Below are positions 25,824 to 40,000 of a stretch of 64,000 bases of DNA, piece after piece. Under the pieces are notes generated by a model, which was not told the origin of the DNA, did not search any database, and saw only the letters and a list, made by a program, of their open reading frames with translations. The stretch comes from Dimorphilus gyrociliatus (Eukaryota; Animalia; Annelida): NCBI GenBank assembly GCA_904063045.1, contig CAJFCJ010000010.1, forward strand, positions 496,001-560,000. Direction: 5' to 3'. Position 1 is the stretch's first letter, and each line of letters opens with the position of its first letter. A program made the position numbers and the translations under genes.

Positions 25824-28800
25824 TTTCGATATATCTCGAAAGAAACTTTGCAATACCTAATATGGCTGCGCCCTGTAACCGGTGATATCAGTTCGTAGAA
25901 AAGTTAAATTTAAACAGTTTTGAGATTTTGAACAATTTAACCGTAGTAATTATTAAAATTAAGATTTTTTCCAGATACGAGTCGAATTGAATACCTAAAA
26001 ATGTACGAAGATGAAGCTGTAAAAAACCGAAGTAAATATTTAAAAAAATAGTTCATAACCTCTTTTTCATTATACCTTGTTGTTTTCCAACATATGCTTG
26101 GTCATAAAATTTCTCTATATTTTTTAGAATATAATTGCTTCATTCACTTTTGAAAAATGGTTAATAAACTTTCTTTTATTTGTAATAATATATGTTTTTC
26201 GATATTTGATTTTAAAAAAATCAGACATCAGCATTAATGAAAACACCATTCAAGGTCTCTCTGATAATTAACTGATTGTTTCAATTTAAACACTTTGTTA
26301 AAATTTAACATTTGCATAAAAAATACTGCTTAATTGCACAATATAGGTTGAAATTGGTGTAATAAAGCAGCAAAGATATATTGAACATAATGACTTTCTC
26401 GTGACGTAGTCTAAACAATATTGATTGTGGCAGTATTTAGAGCCAGACCTAATGATGCGATAAGAAAAGAGGTTCAATTGATTTTTTCTGATTAGGTAAA
26501 TGACTAAATTCATTTAGAAAGTAGCAATTTTAGTAGCAAGGCTAAGAGTGTCTCATATACTTTAAGTTCCTTTAGCATTTCTTAGTAAATATACTTGAGG
26601 TAAATTGGTTCACTTTTATATTGAACACACTTGACATTAATGAAAAAAAACACCAATAGTAGACGAGTGTACCTACTCTATTCGAGTTACTACATCCAAT
26701 ACGTGTATGTAGCTGACAATATCTGATAGTTTCCGTGAGATAGTATAGTCTCCTTTATCAGCTAATTCAAGGAATGACGCTTTGTAGTCATGAAATTGAT
26801 TACCTCAGTTTAGAAATGTTTCACAAATTCTTAAATCCAGACGACATGAGGCTGAAATTTAAAATTTCCTTTTATTGATTTTCTACTGTCTACTAGGAGT
26901 CTTTTGGAAGGCGAAAATAGAGTTTCCTTTGGATTGTATGAACTCAATTGGTCTTATTGCAGTGAAGGCAAAGGAACAATTTAGCTCCGGAAACTCATCT
27001 ATAAGAGGAAAGGCCAGATTTAGAATACTTACCAGGCAAAATCGAATAAAATACACACAATATATGCTATAAAGTTGCAGATTTATATTCTAAATTTGTA
27101 TTTTGAGGAAGATAGACAGATACAAAAAAACGTATAAAAGGGACAATATTAGTTAAATCATTCTCTTCCATTTACATTCGACCCTTGTATTTATCAATAG
27201 ATTTTACCGTCGACCTAATTCCTAATGGAATTTTCCCTTCCCTGCCAGAATAATTCATTGTTAAAAAAATTTGTTCCCCAAGTGTAAACTTTGGCGGAAA
27301 AGAAATGTCCTGTTAAAGGCTTCTGATATAGGTGGCAGTGCCGTAGTAGGTTTAAACATTGGCTTTGACTAGCATGTCGTCACTTCTAATTAGGTAACTA
27401 GAATATAGGATTAGAGAGAGAAGAAAAGAATAATGGAGTTCATTTATTTAACGAGCTTATAGTACGAGTGTTAACTCGGATGATTTCTCCCAATCGAGTC
27501 TTGCTTCCTTCAAACAACAAAATAGATAGGGGATGGAAATGAGAAACAAATCACAAGGATATACTATAGACATATATCTCCCTTTACTTGCAACAGAAGC
27601 TAAATACATGTATATATCATGAATATACAGCTTAATGTATAACTATAACTATATAAATGTATACTGTATATATAGTACAGCAGATATAAATTTTTATTCT
27701 TTCTATTTATACATATAGTGAATTTCAAGTCATTTATTCATTGTTAATGAATGTATGAATGTATATAGTGCCTTTAAATGTCGGCCGGAAATAAGGACCT
27801 ACGATTCACAAACAATATTATTAAGTTGATTAAATGAAAACAAAATGGTCGATAGAATAATCGGCTACGTTTTGCGGGTGTAAAATTGAGTGAAAACGCC
27901 CCAACTGCCTTGCCTTGGCACTTTTCGATACATTGCCCTCGGGAGTCTACCCAAAATTTCTTTTAAAAGATCTAGGTGGCAAGCGGTAACGGAAACTAGT
28001 TAGTCGATGCATTAACGATCGTCCGGAAAGGATCAAAACAAATTCGGAAGTTTTTGAACTCCCCGAGATCCCTCCAAAAATTTCGTATGGGAGGCAAGAC
28101 CGAACCTTTTATTGGACATGCCTCGTCAAGCAGGACGACTCGTGTCTTTGATCGAATCCGGGAAATTATGTTACTCTGGAGTGTACAAAGAGGAGTGAAG
28201 ATTGAAACGAGGGACTCCTCTTCACGATTTCTCTTTACTCTTTACCATTAAACCTATAAAATACAACACACTCCATTTTGCCAGTCTTCTTTTCTTTTAT
28301 TAACGCCCCATAGGACTCTCACTTGTAGTAATAAGTGTACTCAAAAGCGCTACCTAGTGCTGTATGGTATAAACAATAGTTTAAAAAGAACGTCATGTTT
28401 TATGCCCTTTTCATTGTTTGGCTATAGGCAATAACGTTTTCTTCCAATTAGTAATAAAAGCAATGTCTATTAACATCGCTACTGCAAGGGTCACGCAATT
28501 TGGCCATGTCATCCACTCCTGGGAATCAGATTAGACGGTTACGTTGCAGTCGTAACTAGATCAGAAACTACTGATGCATTTTCAAGACTAGACAATGTAT
28601 TAAGTATTGCTAATAAATTGTTCTCCAGAAATTTTTCATTGCTGACTATTATTTCATCTACCGGATATTCTTCCACTTACATCAGTAAGAGCCCGCTCCT
28701 GAAGTAATCCTTCCTCCTTTATATAAAAGCCGTTTCTCAATGCATAGTTCATTCCCTTGATAATGTAACATTCCCAAATCATAGACATAGATACAGTAGG

Positions 28801-30858
28801 CATCATGTAAAATGACTCAACTGTTTTTTCAATATCAACTATATAGATATAAGAATATTCGGATTTAATTCGATGAAAGAGAGTCCTAAGGGGAGAAATG
28901 GGAGGAGTTTTGAAACGATCGGTTTATTCTTGTTACTTATGAAATAGTCGCATGGGAATGAAAAGTTAATCTTTGTCCAAATACTGAGTGGTAAGGAGAT
29001 GGGACTGAACTATCTAGATTGTAGATATAATATGTTGTTTCTTCCTCATTTTACAGTAAAAGACCTATTGAGAACACTTACCATTATCCAGGATTTTCCC
29101 ATTGGCTAATATCAATAGAAACGTCTAATATATTGTACCAGATCAAAAAAGGACAGACGAAGATAGAATGAATCTTTTTCGATTCCAAGGATATAATTCT
29201 CTTAAATGAGTCTTATAAGAGAAAATTATGAGGAAATACGAAATTGGCAACTAATTGACTGGAAAACAACTTTATCCTTCCTTTTTGGAATTTTGAGTAA
29301 TGATGCTAATTTTTGAACTTCTCGCCTTTTTCCCGCCACTACTTTTAGGATAGGAAGACAGGAATAATTGCTTAGGGATGAGCAACTAAGCTATTTATCG
29401 ACTCCTGGGTTGTCAGTCCGAGAGATGGAACGAGTGGTGCATTGTTTATATAAACAACAAAAAAGTCATCCGTATGAGTGATGAGGCTTTTTACTCTTAT
29501 TTTTTTTGGGATTGATAATTGCAGAGGAACGACAAATTTCTGAATAAATTGGTCTATATTTTTCTGTATTTTACTTTACTATCCACTTTTTATTGTCCCA
29601 TTATATATTCAGTACATGGAGAAATTTGGTAAAAGTGGAATAACGGATGGATTTGGCCGCAAAAGCAAAAGGATTAGGACCAGAAACTGAATTTTCAAGT
29701 TATAGAATTTGTTTATTACTAATGATCAGATTATATGTTTTTATTGAAAAGTCGATAAAGCAAGTGTTATGAAATCTGGAAGAATTCTTTTTTCCTTTTT
29801 AGAAATAGAATAGAGAATAAGAGAATTACTGGAATAGGTTTTATTTTCTCAGGCAAGACCTGAGGCGTGTAGTGGTGTATAAGATAAAAAAATACTTTTT
29901 CTATATCTCTTAAAAAAAAGGGGGGAGAGGGTGGAAATAGGCATACTCCTCTTTCAATCAACCACTCTTTTTTTTATGATGTTTTATGTGGCTTTAACTC
30001 TCTAAGTTAGCCTATATGATTATTTGTGTGACAAATGAACCAAAAAAAATGCTCCAATAATTAGAACACAATGTGTTACAGTCTATTTTTTCTTTATATA
30101 ATTATAATTAAAGTTTACAAAACTAGAAACAAAAGAAAGGATTAAAAAAAAAAACAATTAAAAATTGAAAAAAAATATAAATCTAGGGTTCAAAAAATAA
30201 AATTACTAAATCATTCAGATAAAGGGAAAAGTGGGGAGGCAAGAAATAAAATTTAGTCTCTGTTCATTAGACAGATAGAGGGACCGTTAAAAAAATGGCC
30301 TTGTTTAGGTATAACGAACTTTATTCATATTGATTTGCGTCCGACTCGTATGTTATACAAGCTCGAGGGTGGGTCGGATAATTTAATTCTGTAAAAATAT
30401 TTTCCATGACGATGAAGAAAGTTATTTTGCATTTGGTCTATCCGAAAGGGAAATGTAAAGAGATTTTACCCAAATATCTTTAAAACGAATACGAAAGGAA
30501 GGAAGTAAAGGAAGAAGAAGCTTATATCTTTCATGCAAATTTCACTTATCTGCCCTCCCCCAAATATATAGATTTTTTGGACTATTAAGGGGAATGGGCG
30601 GGAAGTTTCCTTCAACTTTACTCCTTGTATCGTTTTAGATAAAACGCTTCCTTTAATGGGTTAATATTACTTGAGTAAATTATTAATAGAATTTACTAAT
30701 TACAACGAAGATTATCCTATAATATTGCCAATTAGTTCATATAAAAAGTGTCTTTTGCACCGACCTTTTTACATAGAAAATGCATATAGGGTCTCTCATT
30801 TTCAGTTTAATTCTACCATCTCTTTTTATAGTCCATATCAAAAAAAGAGACGGACCGA

Positions 30859-30954
30859 GGAGAGAGAGAGAAAAAAAAAGACAGAGACAGAGAGACAGAG
30901 AGACAGAGACAGACAGAGAGCGAGAGAGATAGATAGAAGGAGAGAGAGGGGAGG

Positions 30955-31004
<50 letters not shown>

Positions 31005-31008
31005 GATA
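30859..31008. repeat. Compound (AG)n/(AGAC)n purine microsatellite
   Basis: gagagagag...agacagagacag...gagagagaga; the source of spurious R/E and S/L ORFs. Confidence 0.9.
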
Positions 31009-31562
31009 GACAGTGTAAACAGTCAAATGTACCATGACTAAAAATAACTCAACTAACGAGTGGACTTTCTTTATTATGGCTATTGTTATTATTATATTTT
31101 TTAGTTTATTTGTATTTTTACGACTTTTTCCATGTTACTGCACAATTCTAGTCATTAATCGATTTATAATGGAATTATAGAGTGAATTTGTTTTGTTTTT
31201 TAAATACTGGAACACTCTTTCTCTTTTAAATTCATTATATTTTAAAATGGAATGAAAAATCTGAACAATACATGAAGATTTGAAATTGTTAAAGGTTGTT
31301 AAATAATCAAAGGGTAACACCAGGTTTTAGACGATTTATTTGGGAGAAAAAAACTTTTATATACCAATTTGCATATTCATAATCCGCTACCTAATCTAAT
31401 ACGTCAGAATCTGTAGGACACACTGAGATAAAAAGAAACAAATATCTAGAATTTTTATCTTTTAGAGATAAAAAGTATTAATTTAAAAAAATAAAAGAAA
31501 AAAATAATTAAACAAAAAATCGAAGAAAGAGATTTTTGGTAATTTGGAAAAAGAATTATTTA

Positions 31563-31589
31563 TCCTCCTCCTCCTCCTCCTCCTCCTCC
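31563..31589. repeat. (TCC)9 trinucleotide repeat
   Basis: tcctcctcctcc..., just 3' of the EF-hand gene stop codon. Confidence 0.9.
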
Positions 31590-31659
31590 GTCTTTCTCCT
31601 CTATGAGATGTAAAGTTCTTTTTCCTTCTCTACTGCTGTTACTCTCTCTTTTTTTCTCT

Positions 31660-32858
31660 CTACTTGACTCTTTCGATATTCTGCCAAAATTGAAGAAATT
31701 CTTCAAATTGGAGAACACCATCCTGATTGGTATCATGCAGAGCGAATAGATGCTTAATGTCCTCATCGGAAAAATCGCTATCCTTCAGCACTTGCCTCGC
31801 CTCCTCGAAGCAAATCGTTTGCGAACCATCTTTATCAATCTTCTTGAATTTCTCGACCAAATCGTCTTTCCTGTAAATATTAACAACGAATAATGCTCTT
31901 ACAATCCAATTTATCCTAATAAATAAACTATATGCCTGACTTGGTTATTTTACAAAGTCAATCATTGTATATTTCGCTTACAGAATAGGAAAGAGGGGGT
32001 TAATCTATGGACTTTGGTCATTGAGGCGTCACCTGTAAATCAGGCGATGGGACAATTTTTATGCTAGATGTTTGCTAGAGCTAGTTGCATAGCCGGAAAA
32101 CGGTAGTCTGATCTGTGCAAACTTTCATGTTTGAAGAGTAGCATTGACAAATATTTAGGAAAGTAGTAATAAATGATTTTCTGAATTATATCTTCCCATT
32201 TTATATAACCCTGGTTTATTTTATAAGAATAATGGATATTTAATCTCCAAAGTATATTGAGAGTGACAGGAAAATGTTGAAATAAGTAAAAATTAGATAA
32301 ATCTCTCGTTTCCAGCTTTCTTTATATTCCTTCTAATAAATATTATTCTTCAATATAACAAACCTCTCCTTAACTCTCCAATAAAACCAAATGAACTCTT
32401 CATAAGACAATCGTCCGTCGTTGTTCTTGTCATACTGTTCAACTAGTTTTCTCGTACTTTCTATTTTATTTCGTTTTTTTTTAAAAAAAAAAAGAAAATA
32501 TTTTTTATTAAGTTATTTTTTTATATAAAAATGAATATTATAATTAAAAAAGAGACAATTTAACAGCTTTTTAAATTTTGTGATTGGTCAATAAATAAAC
32601 TCGATATTTCTTTTGGAAAATTAAAAAAAAGTGAAGTTTTTACGTTTTTCAATCGAAAAATCATTTTTTCTTTAATATTTTCAGTTTCGAGTTGATAAAG
32701 TAAAGCGAAAAAGTAACGAAAAGAGAGAAAAATAGGAAAGAACCTGCTGTAAAACCCAATTCTTTCTTAAGAATAGTCTCCGCTTCACAAACGGAAACGA
32801 AGCCGTTCTTATCTTTATCGAATTCTTGAAATTTACGTAGTACTTCGTTAGCGTCCAT
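31660..32858 (-). CDS. Calmodulin-like four-EF-hand Ca2+-binding protein, about 140 aa, 3 coding exons
   Basis: Spliced product MDANEVLRKFQEFDKDKNGFVSVCEAETILKKELGFTA-ESTRKLVEQYDKNNDGRLSYEEFIWFYWRVKE-RKDDLVEKFKKIDKDGSQTICFEEARQVLKDSDFSDEDIKHLFALHDTNQDGVLQFEEFLQFWQNIERVK*. The middle exon (about 32460-32365) restores the frame. Confidence 0.88.
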
Positions 32859-35511
32859 TTTATCGAATGCGGCGTCTGGGATTGTTGCGACGACCAGCGG
32901 CGCCACTGTTTATGCGTCTACTAATTTGCATAAAACATTCAGTGCCTAATTAACGGCTGGTGTATAAAGAATGTAGCAATTATATTTTTGGCATATGGAA
33001 AAAAATTCTTATAAATATTGAATAGACTCGCCAACGGAATCGGATAAAATAATTATATATGGATTGTGAATAATTCATAGCGTTTCTCTTGACGTTATTT
33101 ATTCCATCCAGCATCGCTATTACATATATTATATATTTTATATGTAAACTACATTCATAATTTAATTTATCCAAAATTTATGATTATTGTCACTTTCAAC
33201 AAATAATATATGTTTATAGGATTTACTACCGCATATTAATATAAATATTTCATATTTCCAATGTAATGTATATATACATATAAATATCTAAGCCTAGATC
33301 GACACAAGATACGCTCAAATCCCTAAATTACGATCGTTTTCCCATCGAATTAACATTTCTTTCGTCCTTTTTAATTGACTTTTTTTGTTACTGTGACCTT
33401 AACTCATTTTCATTTCCTTTAAATTTTCATCACTTTCCATAGTATTATTTTCACTCCCAAATGTTTGTCATACACACTACATATATATAATGTTATATAT
33501 CTCACACCAAAAATAGATTTTTAACCTTTAATTGCATCTTTCCACATTTCCTAACATAGATTTTTAAATATTTACACAGGAAACCAATTTTGTAATCTTA
33601 TCTGGTTTGCTAACGTGAATAAGGCGGGAATTATTAGATAATTTATAAATTAATATAGCATATAACTATTCTCTTTTAATAATTTTTGGTAAGGAACCAC
33701 TTCCTTGAACAAATTGCTGTGTGAGGAAAGGCTTTAGAAAATGGATAACAAGCTGCAGCTATTTGGTTCAATGGATACCGTCGGTAAAAGACACTAATTG
33801 TACTTTCCAGCTCATTTCAAGTAATTGCACAAAGAGTTAAAGATCTCGAAAGTACGATTTTGTTTGTCTCTTTTAAATGGAATAATACAACTGTGAATTC
33901 ATTAGCGTCTTTTTTTTACACAGAAGAAGAGCATTTATATGAAATTCTATCAACGATATTAATTTCTTTGACTAAGTCATTAAGCGTCGTTCTATCTGCT
34001 CTTCCTAGGGATAGGACATTGTTGGACGTCTTTCTTCAAACGTACAATGTCAATATTTATATTAAGAAATCATGGAACTTGTTTCTAAAATGTTGTATGA
34101 CTTTTTTTCTTCTTCTTCATTCCCTGTTGCATATAAAGAATGAAGAGAAATTTCTTATCAATAAAAACTAAGCCATCTGGCGATTTAATACCGATTGATT
34201 CAAGACCTAACACACTTTTTTTAAGCTTAACCATTTAAAAATATCGAACAGTAACGGGGATTATATTTGGCGGGCGGAGCTACAAATCGTCCAATAGTCA
34301 AAAAAAAAAGAATACCTAATAATAAATTTTCAACGTTTTAAAAGTCAATTTTACGCTATTTATATGAAAATTACATATAAATATATAACAAAATAGATAT
34401 ATAGTTTAGTGAGTAAAACAGAAATTGCGCACGCGAGGCAGGCTCACTGGACACGACAGATGTTTTTAACAAATCGCTTTTTTTTTGGTTTGGCAAACGA
34501 TCCAATAGGCCTAAATTTTAGACAGCGCCTATATATACATTATCTCCATGGAAATTGTTCGCCGATTCGGAAAGCGGTTGGTAATTCCCAGTTGAATATT
34601 TTCGTGCGTGAAAAACGCTATACAGCCGTAGTGTGATGGATGCTTTTTTTATATATTTGTAACAAACCATCCGCAAAGTGAATATTTGAAGGAAAAACCA
34701 AATTATCAATATTATTATCTCAAAAAATATTCTAAATAATCCTCTTTTTTCAAACAAAATTTCAGAAAAATTTGTCCAATATCCCAATAAGCGTATATTT
34801 TACTTGGTGGAATGCTTACTGGGAGTATTAAGCTAAAAATGGAACAGAAAAGGAGCAAAGACAGGACTGCATGAATTAGGGGAGAAATATAAATGTAATT
34901 CTAGACCAAACTGTCTTACTTTATACCGTCATTTAAGTTCTAAAAATCTAATTAATTTTTTTAATGTTAGATGGCGCAAGTGATCGTTAGTATTTGTTAA
35001 CGCCACCTATAGCTCTAAATACTCCCCCACTTGTACTTATATTGAGTCTGTCCAAGTGAGAAATGATACTTAAAAGAATAATGAAAAAGAGAGTTTACAG
35101 CGTCATTTACTCCTTTGTTAGCTGATAGAGAAAATACGAGCTTATTCAAACACCGTAGCTTGAACCATTGTGTAGTTACTTTTAATCTATTCAGTAATGA
35201 TAACGTGTACTTTCTTTTATTTATTATAAAAAAAGAAGTATTTCATACTTAAATATACAAAGACATTATCTCACAACATCAATAATTATTAAAAACACCG
35301 TATTTCCGTCATAATTCAAGCAGTTAAAAACAGAAGCTGTAAAAAAAGTAAAAGACAACCCGCATTCGTAACGAAAGGATATAACAAATTATTCACTTAA
35401 AAACGAACACATTTCAACTTGTTTTTCATGCCTTTTGCATTGGATTTTTGAGTCAGTTTAGCACCAACTTTTAACAGTAAAAAAAGATTCCTTTTCTTTC
35501 ATATCAGATCT

Positions 35512-37082
35512 TCATGTGCTATTCAAACTGTTGGTTGAGGAATTTTGCGATTTTCCATTTTGAAGACTGCATGTGCACATCCACTCATGATTTAATATTT
35601 CCCTTAAGGTAGGTCTATCTCTCCACTCTCTTGTAAGGCATAATTTAATCAAGTTTTTGCATTCATCACTTATTTGAGAGTCTTGAAATTCGGCATCTGC
35701 CATTAAGATTTGTTCATCTTTTTCGAATGGTATATCCCCACAAACCATATCATATAATAAAATTCCCAATGACCAGACTGTTAAGGGTTCGTAAAAGTAA
35801 CGCTTCTGTCTAATCCATTCCGGAGGGCTGTAAACTCTGGTACCATCGTAGTCTTTAAACGCAGATTGTTTTGTAAGAGATCCGGAGCCGAAATCAATTA
35901 ATCGTAGCTTTCCAGTATCGATTTCAACTAGTATATTTTCGTCTTTCAGATCGCGATGAGTGACGCCTGCGTCGTGGCAATCTATTAGTATTCGGACGAT
36001 TTGCTGCATGAAATCCCGAGCGGTGTCCTCGTCAATCGTAACCTTTTCCGATATATAGTCAAATAGGTCAACAGCTGGAGAAGGTCGTTCCATAATGAGG
36101 ATAAAGTTATCGACATCATCAAAAAATTCGATTATCTTTACAACCCCGTCGACGTGTTGAACTTTATCGAGTAGAACAATTTCGTTAGGCACCCTCTCAT
36201 CATTCAGCTGTTGGAAAAATAACGATTTAGTTATTGATATCAACGTAATTTACTATAAAGAATATATCGTTCAAGTATAGTTTATTTGATTAATAAGACT
36301 TTTTTCACTTTGTAAAGTATCTATAGGTATATCGCACAAAATTGAAATATATCATTAATAACCATGTCAACTTCCGTACGGTATTTCACTATAAAATATC
36401 CCTTAACGATATTTACATCCGGCCTCTTCATATCGAATATTCTTTTTGAAATAGGGAGCCGAGTTCACAGTGACGCTTTCAATTTGAATGGACCCCTATA
36501 CAGAACACCTACTACAGCCTTGTAGACATTAAAATGGCGGGAAATGAGATGTTTTTTTTTCTTTCTCTTTAGAAGCAATATAATCCTATAGTTAATAATA
36601 TTTAACGTACGTTGTGGGTATATAGAATTACTTATCACGATTGACGTCAAAGTTCGTTCTGTAAAATAGGAGTGCTAAATGCGACTTTGTCAATAAAGGA
36701 TTTTTGTTTAACTTCACTGTGTTTTTGTCACCGTGGTTGATAAGTGAAAGGCCACTTTCAAAAAAAAATACTTATTACATAAGAACATAGGAATTTGCTA
36801 CCTTTCCCCACTTCGGCACTTTGTACTTCTTAATCTTTTTAATCGCAACTGCAAAGTTATCCGTTTTTCTTATGCCTTCATAGACAACTCCAAATCCACC
36901 AGCTCCTAGTTGTTTTCCAATGGAATATTGAGTCTCCAGATAGACTTTGGCTGATAGAACATCGACATTTATTATTATATAACTCAAATGATTACGTAAC
37001 AATAAAAATTACTTCTATATTCCACTTCTTTGAGGTATTCTTCTGGTTCTGTTGTTGCATCTTTTTTTATTAAATAAGACAT
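35512..37082 (-). CDS. PIM: Pim family Ser/Thr kinase, 3 coding exons
   Basis: LGAGGFGVVYEG, VAIK, Pim-type proline hinge ERPSPAVDLFDYI, HRDLKDENIL, LIDFGSG, YDGTRVYSPPEWIR, VWSLGILLYDMVCGDIPFE. Confidence 0.95.
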
Positions 37083-40000
37083 GCTTAACTAAATATCTTT
37101 TGACAGAAACTATATAACTTAAAAATCAAGACGGCGTGCTAAAAACGAATGCCGTCTGGGAAAGTGGGAATCACCGATCTATTTTTACTCCAGGTGTAGT
37201 ATTGCGCGCAGACGTTCGATGACACTTTCTACTATTCATTTTTAAGCAAAAAAATTTATTTACTATTTTATGAATTTTTCTTACTTGCTCCTCTTCGAAT
37301 ATATTTTAATACATAACTTTATATTATGAAATAGTCTTTGTCATTTTTGCTTTGGAACTTATTTGTTTTTCGCAACGTTTTAGTAACATAACTCAACAGA
37401 GAGTTTCCCTGCAGACAGCCAATGAACAGCTCGTAGTAAATTATTTGCATATTACCAGGGTTACGACCGGACGCCTACACGTTTAGCTATTTTTAGCGGG
37501 AAATTTTGGCGGTTTTTTTCTCTATATAATTGATATGAAATAAACATTGAAAATTTTTAAATAAAATTATAAGATCTTAATATCGATAACCCCATTATAT
37601 TAACCTATATCTAAAATATAAATTAACTTATATTTACGTCATTACTTAAAGCATATGGCCATTCTAAGTATCTTTGTTTCTTGAACTCTTCCGCGATGAA
37701 AGAACGTCAGCTTGTAGTCTATCTTTCGAATGATCACATTACATTACACTATTTCGAGGACACAAGGAAAAAATCAATTTTGTCTTGTATTTATAGCACT
37801 AAAAACCAGTAAACAATTTTGTTTTTCGTAAAGTTAGCAGCAAATCTTCTAAGTGTGTTTTATCATAGATAAACCCAAGCTTGAAGCGGCGAAAGTATAA
37901 ACAAAAACACGAGAATTACTCATTCATTAGTTAATCTGGATATACTGATTAATGTTTGTAAACATCTACTCGATTCTTTATTTAGATGAAGCGACATATA
38001 AATGACGTGAAAGAAAAATGACTACAACGTAATAGACAGATGTGTCACTGTGGATGATCTATTCACGTAATAAAAGAATAGAAAAGAACAAAAAAATGCT
38101 GAAACACAATGGCTAAGAGTCTGAAGAATGAATTAATTACTGTTGTATAGCAATTATACTGCTTCTCCTCTGCTGACTCAGTTGCAAAGCAGAAATTGAT
38201 AGAAAAAGGCGTTGACAGGTCAGAAACGAAGTAGGGATTTTGCGCCTTATTTCGTCCTTTTGACCATGTAGTCCATTATCCAGTTGACCGTTCAGATGTC
38301 ACACAGAATACTCCCTCTTCTTTGCCCTCATAATAACAACCACGGAAGAACTGTTTTATTCTTTCCTCAACCTGCTGTTACCAATGAGTCTTATTATATT
38401 ATCTACATTTACATTTCTTTGTATTGCAACATATGGTGTCATCCACATTATAACAGAATTTAAAAAAAAATCTAGGAACACCCTAGTCATCTTACACTCT
38501 TTTCATTTCAGCTTCGAAAGTATCTTTGATCTATGATAACTATTGAGAGTTTTTTCCTTCTTTACAATACAAAGTACATGTTTTTACGGTTATGTTTTTA
38601 TCTATTCCGGAAGGATACTCACATTTAGCAGATAGATAGCTTTTGTATATTTCATTTCTCCATTTACCTAGCATACTTGAGGGATTTCATTAATTACTAG
38701 TCTAGATAGTCTTACATAACAGCGCATAAAATATTACAATAGACAGAAAATGTAGGAAATACGTTTAGCTCTGAATACGAAATAAAGAAGGAAAAGGAGT
38801 GAATTGGGACAGTTTGTACTAATCTTATTTCTCCTTTGTTTCTTCAAATAATCAAAAGTCAGTTAGAGATATATAATTCATGTAAATCTTATAAAAAGAT
38901 AGTGTTTTTGGATTGTAATCTAAATAATCGAATAACGAAAATTTTGTCCTTACATACATCATCCATTCATACGCCTTATTTATTTTAAGCACACGAATTG
39001 TGTGGTGCTTTCATTTAGTGATAAGAATATCATGCTAATACTGTCGTTAATACATAAAGTATGAAAAATGAAAGGGATTTTCTGCGGATGTACTTAATTT
39101 TTTTTGAGTCGAACTATGCCGTGACCTATGAATTTTATAATAAGAGACGTGGACGCTATTAACATAAGTTATTTATATAACAGTAAGTGATAAACAACAG
39201 AATAATTATAGCTTGAGATAAATATTATTAATGAGGGAAAATGTGCTTGTTCATCCCTTTTATTTTTATGCAAGAATTTGTGATTGTCTATTTCCTAATG
39301 TATTTATTAAATAAACTTTTACCCTTAATAAAACAGCAGTTTTTCAAGAGCATTCTTCTACAAAGAGCTCTGTCGCCTAGGTACTTACGTAATCTTTTGA
39401 ACAAGAAGCACCAGACACTTATGCGAGTAAGCGTTGATTGTATCTAAAGGGAAATTCGGAATTTTGCTCTGGGTTTGTGTAAAAGGAGTATATATACAGT
39501 ATATATATACATATGGAATATCTGTACAATTTATGTACCGTCCACACTATGGGTGCATTCTTGTCCCCATGTGGTAAATTATGCATTTTCGGGTATAGAG
39601 GAGGCTTTCTCATGTAAAAAATTTGCACAGTTTTTATTACAAATTTATTTCTCTGAAGCTGGAGAATTTGATTCCAAAACCGTCTATTCTGCAATGTAAA
39701 AACAAATGAATATTACATTTCAAAGATTTCGTAACTTGATGATTTATTATAATAATAAGCGTGAAAAAGTGTTTACTAAATGTAACAATAAAACCCTCGT
39801 TTAGCTTATTTACGTGGATTTTATTTAACGGATTAGAGGATAAAAGTCAGAAGAAAGAAGTTTCTAAGGGCGAACGTTTATTCGCTTTTCTCTCATTAAA
39901 GCCCACATATGTATCCTATAAATGTACCAGGAGAACAAATTAAGCTTTTGAACTTTATCATTAACATCCATTCCCTTATCTTTTTCACAGACACAATTAA

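Noticed and set aside
26622-26629. TGAACACA, the first 8 nt of miR-317, upstream of the miR-34-like hairpin
   Set aside because: Similarity ends at nt 8, there is no pairing 5' arm, and no miR-277-like sequence lies between, so a 317/277/34 cluster is not supported.
30671-31035. ORFs rich in RE or SL repeats
   Set aside because: Artefacts of the AG microsatellite.
33860-34171. 103-aa + strand ORF
   Set aside because: Non-ATG start, no recognisable homology, and no convincing splice partners.
35459-35466. miR-29 8-mer target site (TGGTGCTA, - strand) in the Pim 3'UTR
   Set aside because: A single seed match is common by chance, and conservation cannot be checked here.
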